Source: Anaerovoracaceae bacterium
GTDB lineage: Bacteria > Bacillota > Clostridia > Lachnospirales > Lachnospiraceae
Assembly (NCBI GenBank): GCA_963604075.1
Contig: CAVCPW010000259.1
Coordinates: forward strand, 1-57,278
DNA: 57,278 bases
Direction: 5' to 3'
Shown: one piece after another, positions 9,605-19,129 of the stretch
Layout: every line of letters starts with the position of its first letter
How positions within the stretch are numbered: the first letter of the stretch is position 1
The notes under the pieces: model-generated
The model's input: only the letters and a program-made list of their open reading frames with translations
Databases searched by the model: none
What the model was told of the DNA's origin: nothing
Position numbers and translations under genes: made by a program

Positions 9605-10933
9605 TTAATAATGATATTTCTTTTTGTTTGCAATTAAAAATGCAAGTGAAATCACAAATGCGAAGACCTCAGCAGCTATATTTGCGCCCCAGATGCCATC
9701 CACACCAAGAAGCAGCGGCAGGATCAATACAGAGAAGGTCTGGAAGATCAATGTACGCAAGAATGAGATCGCTGCGGAAATCCCACCATTGTTGAGCGCT
9801 GTAAAGAATGATGAGGAAAAGATGTTAAAACCTGCCAGCAAAAAGCTGAATGAGAATAGGCGGAATGCATGTATTGTTATATCAAACAGTTCTGCATCGT
9901 AGCCGACAAACATCTTTGCAAGCGGATGTGCAAGTGCAAGGGCGAGTACAGTCAAAACGACACCGAGTGTGCTGACAATGAGTATACTTTTTTGACGAAG
10001 GTTTTGCAGTTCACTGTGATTTCCAGAACCGTAGTGGAAACTGACAATAGGAGCGCATCCGATGGAATAGCCAACAAAGATCGCAACGAAAATAAACTGT
10101 ACATACATCAATACGCCGTATGCGGAAACACCATTTTCACCGAGATACTTTAACAGCTGAAAATTATAGACAATGCCGACAACCGATGCGGATACATTGC
10201 TCATCAGCTCGGATGAGCCGTTTGCACATGCCTGCAGGATCGGGCGAAGCTCAAACTTTGCTTTGGTCAGATGAAGTCGGCTGCTGTTCGGACGAATAAA
10301 ATAGATAAGCGGAAGCAGACCGCCGACGGTTTGGCTGATACCAGTTGCGAGAGCAGCTCCGGCAACGCCCCAGCGAAGACCACCAACAAATACAGCATCC
10401 AGTATCATGTTTGTAATTCCGGCAGCAAGAGTTGCTGCCAATCCAAGGTTTGGCTTTTCTGCTGCAATCAGGAAGCTTTGAAATACGTTTTGCAGCATAT
10501 AAGGAGCAAGAAATGCGATTACGATACGACCATACAGAACACAGTCGTTCATCATTTCTGATGTAGCACCCAACATTTTGGCAACCGGGTGCATGAAGGC
10601 AATACCGAGAATTGTTAGAATGATACCAATCAAAATCGACAGCCAGATCATCATGGAGAAATAATGGTTTGCTCGCTTTTCATCGCCTTCACCGAGAATA
10701 CGGGAGACAAGTGCTGTGCCTCCGGTACCGATCATAAATCCGAGGCTTCCGAGGATGATGATAAACGGCATGATCAGATTGATCGAAGCAAATGCTGTTT
10801 TTCCGGCAAAGTTTGATACGAAAAAGCCGTCAACAACGCCATAGATGGATGTAAAGACCATCATAACAATAGAAGGAAGTGTAAAACGAAACAGCTTCCC
10901 ATAGGTAAAATGATCCGATAATTGGATTTTCAT
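9605..10933 (-). CDS. MATE-family efflux transporter (MepA-like)
   Basis: 442 aa with about 12 hydrophobic segments; SIYGVVDGFFVSNF and WGVAGAALAT motifs. Confidence 0.92.
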   Translation of the reverse strand: MKIQLSDHFTYGKLFRFTLPSIVMMVFTSIYGVVDGFFVSNFAGKTAFASINLIMPFIIILGSLGFMIGTGGTALVSRILGEGDEKRANHYFSMMIWLSILIGIILTILGIAFMHPVAKMLGATSEMMNDCVLYGRIVIAFLAPYMLQNVFQSFLIAAEKPNLGLAATLAAGITNMILDAVFVGGLRWGVAGAALATGISQTVGGLLPLIYFIRPNSSRLHLTKAKFELRPILQACANGSSELMSNVSASVVGIVYNFQLLKYLGENGVSAYGVLMYVQFIFVAIFVGYSIGCAPIVSFHYGSGNHSELQNLRQKSILIVSTLGVVLTVLALALAHPLAKMFVGYDAELFDITIHAFRLFSFSFLLAGFNIFSSSFFTALNNGGISAAISFLRTLIFQTFSVLILPLLLGVDGIWGANIAAEVFAFVISLAFLIANKKKYHY

Positions 10934-10977
10934 AAAAATAAATCATTCCTTTCATGTTATTTTAAGTTAGGATTGTG

Positions 10978-11075
10978 AAGTCATAGTTTTTTAAATTCAT
11001 AGCTTTTAAAAGCCATTGCTTTTTAAGGTCACTTCTTTTAAAATCATAGCCTTTTAAAGTCATTATTTTTTAAAA
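10978..11075. repeat. degenerate ~16-bp tandem repeat x6 between marR and MATE
   Basis: Units such as AAGTCATAGTTTTTTA, AATTCATAGCTTTTAA, AAGCCATTGCTTTTTA, AGGTCACTTCTTTTAA. Confidence 0.65.
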
Positions 11076-11102
11076 TTAATGTAATTCATAAGAAATTTGT
11101 TT

Positions 11103-11555
11103 TTATTGTTTATCCCTTAGTTGCTGTAATTCCTTTTGCAGACATTCTAAGTATCGCTCATTTAAAGTAAGATATTGCTCTGCGGTTTCAACTCCCCACT
11201 CAGCGAGAATACGGTTTTCAGCTTCGATAACTTTTTCAGCAGTCTTTTCAGCTAGCTCCTTTCCTTTTTCAGTCAGGCAGACGCGCTTATTTTTTCCATC
11301 AACTGGCTCTAAATAGATTACGTGTTCTTCCTCGAGCTTTCGCAGTGCGGAATTGAGCGTTTGCTTGTGCAGGCCGGTTAGGCGGCAGATATCGCGAAGC
11401 AGGCAGCTTTCTTTGCCAGAGTTACATATCGTATATAAGATTTGCATTGTGCTGTCAGACAGACCAAAGAGTACAGACATCTCATGATAAACAACGCTTG
11501 TCTCACATTGCAGGTGATTCAATCGCTTGAGAGAAGCAGAAGATTGAACACTCAT
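11103..11555 (-). CDS. MarR-family transcriptional regulator
   Basis: GLSDSTMQILY...KQTLNSALRKLEEE...KRVCLTEKG winged helix; upstream of and co-oriented with the MATE gene. Confidence 0.92.
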   Translation of the reverse strand: MSVQSSASLKRLNHLQCETSVVYHEMSVLFGLSDSTMQILYTICNSGKESCLLRDICRLTGLHKQTLNSALRKLEEEHVIYLEPVDGKNKRVCLTEKGKELAEKTAEKVIEAENRILAEWGVETAEQYLTLNERYLECLQKELQQLRDKQ

Positions 11556-11587
11556 AAAGTACCTCCATTCTTGTAATATTACAATTT

Positions 11588-11636
11588 GTCTGAAATCGTA
11601 CCTTGAAAGTATAGTCCGAAATCATACTATTGTCAA
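11588..11636 (-). promoter_or_regulatory. sigma-A promoter of marR-MATE with two candidate MarR operators
   Basis: TTGACA-17-TATACT on the minus strand (11636-11608); repeated GTCTGAAATCGTAC (11588-11601) and GTCCGAAATCATAC (11614-11627). Confidence 0.7.
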
Positions 11637-11778
11637 GGCTAAATAAAAAATATGAGTGAATAAAAATTGGTGGACATGTGCAGATAAAAACAGTATAATT
11701 AGGCAAATGAAAGCAGACTGAAGTAGCTGTCTACTATGCATATGATTAGGATTAATATATGAATTTTTGAGGTGAGAG

Positions 11779-13128
11779 ATGGGCAAATTACAAAAAGATG
11801 AGGCGTTTTATAAGAAGTTATGGAGCCTGATGGTTCCGATCGTACTTCAAAATCTGATGCTTGCGATGGTAGCAGTGGCTGATGCATTCATGCTTGGCGG
11901 CATGGATCAGAACTTTATGTCGGCAGTATCATTGGCTACACAGGTTCAGTTCATTCAAAATATGTTTTTATCAGCTGCAACTGCCAGCCTTGGCATCTTG
12001 GGCGCACAATATTGGGGAAAGGGCGATAAGAAAACACTCGACAAAATTTTCTGCATGGCACTTCGTCTGTGTGGTCTGGTATCAGCCGTATTTTTCATTG
12101 GCTGTGTATGCTTTGGACGCTATCTGATGATGATTTTTACAAATGAAGAGGTACTGATCAATTATGGTGTCAGTTATTTGAAAATTGCGGGTTACTCCTA
12201 TCTGATTACTGGTATTTCTCAGTGTTATCTAGTCATCATGAAGACAAGTGAGCATGCAAAGACAACCGCTATTATTAGTTCTATGACGGTTTGTATTAAT
12301 ATCATTCTAAATGCGATATTGATCTTTGGAGGTTTTGGCATTGAACCGATGGGCGTGCGTGGTGCAGCACTTGCAACACTGATTGCACGTATCATCGAAC
12401 TGATTATTTCAATTGCAATTTCGTATAAACCTGATTATCTTCATCCATCCATGAGTGATTTGTTCAGACATGATAAGCAGCTGTCAGGGGATTTTTGGAA
12501 ATGTGCATTGCCACTTTTGGGAGCTTGTCTGTTCTGGGGAATCGGATTTACCTCCTATTCCTCCTTCATGGGTCATCTTGGAACTGATGCCGCTGCAGCA
12601 AACTCTGTGGCAGCTGTTGTACGTGATATTATATGCTGCTTTAGCGCCGGAATTTCGAGTGCAGCTGGTATTATGATTGGAAACGAGCTTGGTGCCGGAA
12701 ATCTTGAAAGAGGAAAATGTTACGGGATTCGTCTGTTAAAGATTTCGTTTGCGTGTGGTATTTTCGCATCTATTCTCATGTGTGTATCGGCACCGATAAT
12801 TCTTCGCTTTGTAAAGCTTACACCGCAGGCACAGGGTTATCTTAAGGGGATGTTTGTTGTTATCGCATTTTATATGATTGGGCGTGCTGTCAACGATGTC
12901 ACAATTAATGGCATTTTCGGTGCCGGAGGTGATACCTTATTTGATATGTATAGCCTTGCCGTGTGTATGTGGTGCCTTGCAATCCCTCTTGCAGCAGCCG
13001 GTACTTACTTCTTTCATTGGCCGGTTGTGCTTGTATATGCGTGTACCTGCATTGATGAGGTGGGAAAGCTTCCGTGGGTGATTTATCATTTCAGAAAATA
13101 TAAGTGGGTTAAGGATCTTACCCATTAA
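11779..13128 (+). CDS. MATE-family efflux transporter
   Basis: 449 aa polytopic membrane protein; ADAFMLG, AQYWGKGD, MGVRGAALAT motifs. Confidence 0.92.
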   Translation: MGKLQKDEAFYKKLWSLMVPIVLQNLMLAMVAVADAFMLGGMDQNFMSAVSLATQVQFIQNMFLSAATASLGILGAQYWGKGDKKTLDKIFCMALRLCGLVSAVFFIGCVCFGRYLMMIFTNEEVLINYGVSYLKIAGYSYLITGISQCYLVIMKTSEHAKTTAIISSMTVCINIILNAILIFGGFGIEPMGVRGAALATLIARIIELIISIAISYKPDYLHPSMSDLFRHDKQLSGDFWKCALPLLGACLFWGIGFTSYSSFMGHLGTDAAAANSVAAVVRDIICCFSAGISSAAGIMIGNELGAGNLERGKCYGIRLLKISFACGIFASILMCVSAPIILRFVKLTPQAQGYLKGMFVVIAFYMIGRAVNDVTINGIFGAGGDTLFDMYSLAVCMWCLAIPLAAAGTYFFHWPVVLVYACTCIDEVGKLPWVIYHFRKYKWVKDLTH

Positions 13129-13242
13129 AACATTCGAGATCAGAAAAATCATCTGGCTCCATTTCTTTAAGTCAATCCAAGCCTTTAAGCCCTATGTATT
13201 TTGGCCCTTATAACCAATTATAAAAACAGGAGGAAGAACACT

Positions 13243-14037
13243 ATGAAATTAGGATTTATCGGATGCGGCAATATGGCCAGCGCAATGATGGGAGGCATCA
13301 TCAAAAATGAAATTTTCAAGGCAGAGGATGTATATGGCTCTGATGTATTTGAGCCAAGCAGAGAGCGCGTAAAAAATCAATATGGCATTCATGTAACTGC
13401 AAGTAATATTGAGGTAGTGGACGCCGTTGATGTGCTGGTGCTTGCCGTAAAGCCACAATACTATGAGACAGTCATCAACGAGATTAAGGATCATGTACGT
13501 GCAGAGCAGCTTGTCATCACCATCGCACCAGGAAAGACCCTGGCCTGGCTGGCAGAGAAGTTTGGTAAGGCTGTCAAGATCGTGCGTACCATGCCAAACA
13601 CACCGGCGATGGTAGGCGAGGGTATGACGGGTGCGACGCCAAACGAGTTTGTGACACCAGACGAAGTAGCTTATGTATGCAAGATTTTAGGTGGATTTGG
13701 CAAGGCAGAAGTCATCAGCGAAAAGCTGATGGATACTGTTGTTGCGGTAAGCGGAAGTTCTCCTGCATATGTATTTATGTTCATTGAGGCTATGGCAGAC
13801 GCAGCTGTTGAACAGGGAATGCCAAGAGCGCAGGCATATAAGTTTGCGGCGCAGGCAGTTATGGGAAGTGCAAAGATGGTGCTTGAGACCGGAAAACATC
13901 CGGGTGAGCTGAAGGATATGGTATGTTCACCGGCAGGAACCACGATCAAGGCTGTTCGTGTGCTTGAGAAGGAAGGTCTTAGAAGTGCTGTGATTGAGGC
14001 GATGGATGCATGTGCAGAAATGGCAAAGAGCATGTAA
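13243..14037 (+). CDS. proC: pyrroline-5-carboxylate reductase
   Basis: GFIGCGNMA, LAVKPQ, RTMPNTP, SGSSPAY, VCSPAGTT; ATG 13243 after AGGAGG. Confidence 0.96.
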   Translation: MKLGFIGCGNMASAMMGGIIKNEIFKAEDVYGSDVFEPSRERVKNQYGIHVTASNIEVVDAVDVLVLAVKPQYYETVINEIKDHVRAEQLVITIAPGKTLAWLAEKFGKAVKIVRTMPNTPAMVGEGMTGATPNEFVTPDEVAYVCKILGGFGKAEVISEKLMDTVVAVSGSSPAYVFMFIEAMADAAVEQGMPRAQAYKFAAQAVMGSAKMVLETGKHPGELKDMVCSPAGTTIKAVRVLEKEGLRSAVIEAMDACAEMAKSM

Positions 14038-14068
14038 GCTGCAAAAAATAATGATAAGGGAGAACAGA

Positions 14069-14569
14069 ATGGAACTTTGGGATATTTATGATTCAGATAA
14101 AAAGCGTACTGGACGCACTATGAAGAGAAACGACTGGCATTTGAAAGATGGCGAATATCATCTGACTGTGCTTGGTGTGATTCACCGCCCGGACGGACGC
14201 TTTCTAATTACCAGAAGAGTCATGACAAAGGCATGGGCTCCAGGCTGGTGGGAAGTTTCCGGAGGTGCTGTGCAGGCCGGAGAAGATTCCGAAGCGGCAG
14301 TAGCAAGAGAGATTCGCGAGGAGACAGGACTTGACGTGTCTGGATGCCCGGACGGATATCGTTTTACCTATCGCCGTGACAATCCAGGTGAGGGTGATAA
14401 TTATTTTGTCGATGTGTATCGCTTTGAGCTTGATTTTAACGAGAGCGATTTGAAACTTCAGGAGGAAGAGACGATGGGATATCGTCTGGTCACACTCGAC
14501 GAGATCAAAGAGCTTGATAATCAGGGGATTTTCCTTCATTATAACAGCATTAAGGAAGTGTTTGCGTAA
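14069..14569 (+). CDS. NUDIX hydrolase
   Basis: Nudix box GGAVQAGEDSEAAVAREIREETGL; start ATG 14069 (MELWDIYD). Confidence 0.92.
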   Translation: MELWDIYDSDKKRTGRTMKRNDWHLKDGEYHLTVLGVIHRPDGRFLITRRVMTKAWAPGWWEVSGGAVQAGEDSEAAVAREIREETGLDVSGCPDGYRFTYRRDNPGEGDNYFVDVYRFELDFNESDLKLQEEETMGYRLVTLDEIKELDNQGIFLHYNSIKEVFA

Positions 14570-14588
14570 TCGATTGGATTAATAAAAG

Positions 14589-14644
14589 AACAGCATTTGG
14601 TAGAAGATAAATGGATTACTATCAGGTGCTGTTATTTTATTTTT
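14589..14644 (+). terminator. intrinsic terminator after proC-NUDIX
   Basis: AACAGCATTTGGTAG...CTATCAGGTGCTGTT followed by a T-rich tail. Confidence 0.6.
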
Positions 14645-14668
14645 CAGTAGCTTATTTCTGTTATATGA

Positions 14669-14704
14669 GCAAGTAGCGAAGCGGATTGCGAATATCATTG
14701 ACTT
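14669..14704 (+). repeat. dispersed GTAG-type intergenic repeat, copy 1
   Basis: GCAAGTAGCGAAGCGGATTGCGAATATCATTGACTT; near-identical copies at 22688, 40176, 47547 and 53697. Confidence 0.9.
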
Positions 14705-14808
14705 TATTATCTGTGCTGTGCGTTGGCCAAGACATCTTGCCAGAATACTAAAAATTTGCTATGATGGTGCCATGAGTAAATAAACCAGTAAGGATAAAAA
14801 GATACGCA

Positions 14809-15864
14809 ATGGAACCATTTTATTATCAACATTTGACAAAGTCGGAACAGGCTGTGTATCATGCAATCAAAACAGGATTAATGGCACTTGAGGATCATTT
14901 TATCGTTCCATATGCAGATCCTGCGCGAATCAGTATGATCTTCTTTCTGGTGCGGCTTGATTGCCCAGAGATTTTTTATGCGGTCACATTTAAGCTGCGC
15001 AAGTGGCCACAGTCTGACAATCTTGAAATTTTGCCAGAGTACCTGTTCGATAAAAAGACGATTCGTCAGCAGCAAAAAGCGATGAGTGCGCGAGTGGAAA
15101 AGCTTGCAAGAATCGTAAGTACAAAGACAGAATTTGAAAAAGAATTATATATTCACGATTTTATTTGTGAAAATATACACTATGATAAACTCAAAAAGCC
15201 ATATTCGCATGAGATTATTGGTCCGCTTGGTCACGGTGTAGGTGTCTGCGAGGGCATTGCAAAGTCAGTCAAAGTTTTGTGTGATGCCCTTGGTATCTGG
15301 TGCATCATCGTAATTTCAGAGGCAAATCCGGAAAAGAAGATTAAATATCGCCATGCTTGGAATATCATTAAGATTGGAAAAACGTACTATCATCTGGATG
15401 CAACCTTTGATTTGTCTTTAAGTAAAGCAATAACTCGCCATGATTATTTTAATCTAAGTGACGATGCCATTTTCCGCGATCATGAGCCAATCATGACAGA
15501 GCATGTTCAGTGCGCCGATGGAAGCCATTTCTATTATTTAGAAAAGAAGCTTTCTTTCACTAAACAGGAAGAAGTTAAAAAGCGGGCAGCACAAGCTGCA
15601 AAGAAGAAAAAGCCATTTTTGTTTCATTGGCGCGGCGGTTATCTGACCAGAGAAATCTTAAAGAAGCTTCTAATTGAAATTGAAGGAGCAGCAAAGGAAA
15701 AGGGCAAGCAGGCAAAAGTGAGCCTAAACTGGCCACAGGCAGTACTTTGTATTGAATTTGAGGATATGGATATGGCAGTCGCGGTACCAATGAAAAATAC
15801 TGAAAATTCAGATGATGTTGATAATATTGAAATAGAGCAGGCAAACGAAGGAGAGCTTAATTAG
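14809..15864 (+). CDS. transglutaminase-like domain protein (putative cysteine peptidase)
   Basis: GVCEGIAK...HAWNII...YHLDAT Cys-His-Asp triad. Confidence 0.85.
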   Translation: MEPFYYQHLTKSEQAVYHAIKTGLMALEDHFIVPYADPARISMIFFLVRLDCPEIFYAVTFKLRKWPQSDNLEILPEYLFDKKTIRQQQKAMSARVEKLARIVSTKTEFEKELYIHDFICENIHYDKLKKPYSHEIIGPLGHGVGVCEGIAKSVKVLCDALGIWCIIVISEANPEKKIKYRHAWNIIKIGKTYYHLDATFDLSLSKAITRHDYFNLSDDAIFRDHEPIMTEHVQCADGSHFYYLEKKLSFTKQEEVKKRAAQAAKKKKPFLFHWRGGYLTREILKKLLIEIEGAAKEKGKQAKVSLNWPQAVLCIEFEDMDMAVAVPMKNTENSDDVDNIEIEQANEGELN

Positions 15865-15979
15865 AAATCTGGCGCAGGACTGTTTGGTCATTCAATGACC
15901 GGGGAGTTCGCAGTAGAATAATATTACAAGATCGTTAATGAAATTGTGATAACGATTTAAAGCTGCAGGAGGAAAGAAT

Positions 15980-16903
15980 ATGGAAATTAAAAATTGGACA
16001 TATGAAGAATATCCATCATTTGATGAGGAGGTGGAAGGTGCTGTTCGGATTTCGACAAGCGGAGATGAGATTGGAACCAATATCTATCCAAGCATCGAAT
16101 ATGCAAATGTGGATGGTGTGCCGCTGCATTTACTGATTATTGTGCCGCAGTCACGAAATCTGGATCACAAGGATTGTGCTGAAAAGAAATATCCATGCCT
16201 TGTCTTTGTGCAAGGTTCCGCCTGGTTTTTGCAAAATGTTAATGCCAAGGCAGGTCTGTTGGCAAGATTGGCTGAGAAAGGATATGTAGTGGCAATAGTG
16301 GAGTATCGCCACTCTGGAATAGCACCGTTCCCAGCAGTTGCAGTGGATACGAGAAATGCTATTCGTTTCATGAAGGTACATGCCGCAGAGTATGGCATTG
16401 ATGCGAAGCATATTGTTGTCGGTGGAGATTCATCAGGCGGTCATGCCGCGATGTTTTCTCAGATTGTACAAGATGATGAGGAAAAAACGAATCTCTTTCC
16501 GGGCGTGAGCGCTGCAGCAAAAGGCATCATTTCCTTTTATGGTGCCAACAGTCTGATGATTGAAGACGGTATGCCAAGCACGGTAAATCATCATATGCCA
16601 GACAGCCCGGAGGGAAAAGAGGCAGGCGGTGTCAATCTGCATGAGCATCCGGAAATTTGTCAGAAGCTTTCTGTTGAGTGTAATGTGGATAAGAATACAC
16701 CACTGCCGCCGGTTTTGATGTTCCACGGAACAAAAGACCGAACCATCAATCCAAGCGTCAGCGTTGCCGTGTACAAAAAACTTAAGGAATGTGGTAAGGA
16801 TGTAAGTTTGTATTTCTTAGAGGGTGCAGATCACGGCGGCAGTGAGTTCTGGACTGAAGAAATTCAGACAATCATCGTAAAATTCATGGCGAAAGTGATG
16901 TAA
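15980..16903 (+). CDS. alpha/beta hydrolase (esterase/lipase)
   Basis: VQGSAW oxyanion region, GDSSGG nucleophile elbow, HGTKD and GADHG. Confidence 0.9.
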   Translation: MEIKNWTYEEYPSFDEEVEGAVRISTSGDEIGTNIYPSIEYANVDGVPLHLLIIVPQSRNLDHKDCAEKKYPCLVFVQGSAWFLQNVNAKAGLLARLAEKGYVVAIVEYRHSGIAPFPAVAVDTRNAIRFMKVHAAEYGIDAKHIVVGGDSSGGHAAMFSQIVQDDEEKTNLFPGVSAAAKGIISFYGANSLMIEDGMPSTVNHHMPDSPEGKEAGGVNLHEHPEICQKLSVECNVDKNTPLPPVLMFHGTKDRTINPSVSVAVYKKLKECGKDVSLYFLEGADHGGSEFWTEEIQTIIVKFMAKVM

Positions 16904-16987
16904 TTGGCAATAGCCATCGATGACGAGTGAAAAAATAGAAAGTGAAATGGGAGTGGAGTACCAACTGCGCTTTGGAGGGGGATTTAA

Positions 16988-19063
16988 ATGAGAAACATGG
17001 AAGTAAAAAGATTATCGGGAGTTGTATTGGCAACTTGTATGTCGCTTTCAGCGTTTGGGTGTTCAGCAACTAAGAACACAGAAGTATCTGTTGCGGAAAA
17101 AACACAAGATGAAACATGTCAGGCAGATGATGCTTTAAAAGTATCACAAACTGAAAAAACAGAGTCAAAAGATGAAGAAAAAACAACAGAAGCAGAAGAA
17201 AGTTTAGGTAAAAGTGCTGTATCTGAAACAGTATCACCAGAAGAAACAGCTGAAAGCATTTCGCAGGAAGATTTGTCTTCGCAGGAAGAAATGTCGGATT
17301 CAGATACAGATTATGAGTTGATCGAACTGGAAGAGATGGATAGTGATGAGCTTACCACTACCCAGAAAAACGCTATTAATATGCTCAATTATATGACGGT
17401 GCTGACGCAGGAAATAAACGATTCTAAGCAGAGCCGGATATTTTTGGATAATGCATATAATTCTCTAATAAACAATACATATCCGAACGCTGTTGACTCG
17501 AAGACACAAACTCAGATAACAAGTATGCTTGATACACTCCATCAATATCAGATGCTCAGTGTAAAGAGAGAACGGTTGGAATATATTTACGAGCAGAATC
17601 AGGCACAGGCTTTGCGTCAGGCTATTCCGAATCCGGTTGGTTTATTAAGTGCAGTTGAGTCTGGCAGTATTTTGAAATCGGCAGTATCTGTATTGTATAT
17701 GGCAGTTGACTCTGTTACAAGCTATAAGTCGTCATCAAGTCAGGCGGATTTGGAGTATTTGAAAGATGGATGGGAATTAGATGATGCTGAGGCGGAAGAA
17801 GTGCATAATAGCAGAACTACAGCATTTAACTACATGCTAAGAATGGTAAATGACAATGATCTGCCGGGAGATTATGCGCTTACAGAAGATAAAGTTGGGG
17901 ACTTTGTTACATGGAAAAACAAGACAAATCTTGTCAGTAAAATATCCTGGTTCGAATCGAATCAGGAAACGTATAAAGAATTTGGTTCTTACTGGCTTGA
18001 ACTTGCAAAGGACTACTATGATTCGGAAGATTATCAGAACTGTTTAGAAGCATTTGAGAAGTACGAGGAGGTCACAACGCGTATTTTCCGTAAGGATACA
18101 GATTATGCAGATGCACTTCCAATGGCGATAGTATCTGCGAAAGAGGTAATGAGTCAGTCTGAATATGATGCTTATGCTGATAAATACCTGCAGGTAATCA
18201 TGAAAAACACGGAGGAGTGGTCTACGCGTTATTTTGTAGCTCAAGTTTATCTTGACCTTTACAATGACACAAAAGATAAGGATTATCTTGATGCGGCATA
18301 TAATATTGTCTATGACAATGTGAATGAGCTGATTTATGAGCAGAAAGAACTAAATGAGACTTATCTTGCAGATATACAAAAAATAAAAGCTGACGAGGGG
18401 GCAACCAAACAGCAGAAAGCTGATGTTAAACAGTATAATAAAATGCTTGAAGCAAATCGAAAGGTTGAGCTTGCGCCTGTTAATGAAGCATTATATTTAA
18501 ATTGTGATATGCTATTTGCTTTAATTGAAGAACGGGGAATATCTTCGGAAGAACAGGATAAAATAGAGGCTATTCTGCACGAGAATGGAGAAAATATATT
18601 CTTAACCACTGCATTGGATAACAGATTCCGTTTTGAAGGCAGTAAGATTGCTTTTGATGCGGATGCTTTAGAATTTAAATTTACAGGAGAAGAACTTAGT
18701 ATTCCAGCTTCGTGTGTGACAGCCAGATCGGCAGTGAGTGTTGTCATTTCAGGAGAATCAGAAACAACCGTGATTGACGACTGGACGGTAAAAAGTGTTA
18801 AAAGACCTAAGAATTCTACAGCGGTTTCAGAATTCACAGTTACATATACAAGTGAAACTGCTGAGAAATATAAATATACTGACGGAGACAGTGTAAGTAT
18901 TCATATTGTTCCGATTGCAGAAGCTGCAGACGAAGTGATTACTTTCAAGTGCAAGGCTGTTAAGGAAAAAAAGATTCCTACTGTAGATTGGCCGGTAATT
19001 GGTTCTTTTATTAAAACAATAGGTGAAAATTTTTTAACTGATATTAAATTTGAGAGTGAGTAA
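16988..19063 (+). CDS. large hypothetical lipoprotein (acidic linker, helical TPR-like core)
   Basis: Signal ending LSAFGC; E/S/T-rich linker; YWLELAKDYYDSEDYQNCLEAFEKY TPR-like segment; RBS GGAGGGGG. Confidence 0.75.
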   Translation: MRNMEVKRLSGVVLATCMSLSAFGCSATKNTEVSVAEKTQDETCQADDALKVSQTEKTESKDEEKTTEAEESLGKSAVSETVSPEETAESISQEDLSSQEEMSDSDTDYELIELEEMDSDELTTTQKNAINMLNYMTVLTQEINDSKQSRIFLDNAYNSLINNTYPNAVDSKTQTQITSMLDTLHQYQMLSVKRERLEYIYEQNQAQALRQAIPNPVGLLSAVESGSILKSAVSVLYMAVDSVTSYKSSSSQADLEYLKDGWELDDAEAEEVHNSRTTAFNYMLRMVNDNDLPGDYALTEDKVGDFVTWKNKTNLVSKISWFESNQETYKEFGSYWLELAKDYYDSEDYQNCLEAFEKYEEVTTRIFRKDTDYADALPMAIVSAKEVMSQSEYDAYADKYLQVIMKNTEEWSTRYFVAQVYLDLYNDTKDKDYLDAAYNIVYDNVNELIYEQKELNETYLADIQKIKADEGATKQQKADVKQYNKMLEANRKVELAPVNEALYLNCDMLFALIEERGISSEEQDKIEAILHENGENIFLTTALDNRFRFEGSKIAFDADALEFKFTGEELSIPASCVTARSAVSVVISGESETTVIDDWTVKSVKRPKNSTAVSEFTVTYTSETAEKYKYTDGDSVSIHIVPIAEAADEVITFKCKAVKEKKIPTVDWPVIGSFIKTIGENFLTDIKFESE

Positions 19064-19069
19064 GATCAG

Positions 19070-19110
19070 ATATGAGCCACCATTGCCCAGGCGGGAATGG
19101 TGGCTCATAT
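19070..19110. other. 15-bp perfect intergenic stem-loop without a U-tract
   Basis: ATATGAGCCACCATT-11 nt-AATGGTGGCTCATAT. Confidence 0.8.
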
Positions 19111-19129
19111 GTAAACGGAAGGATTATTT

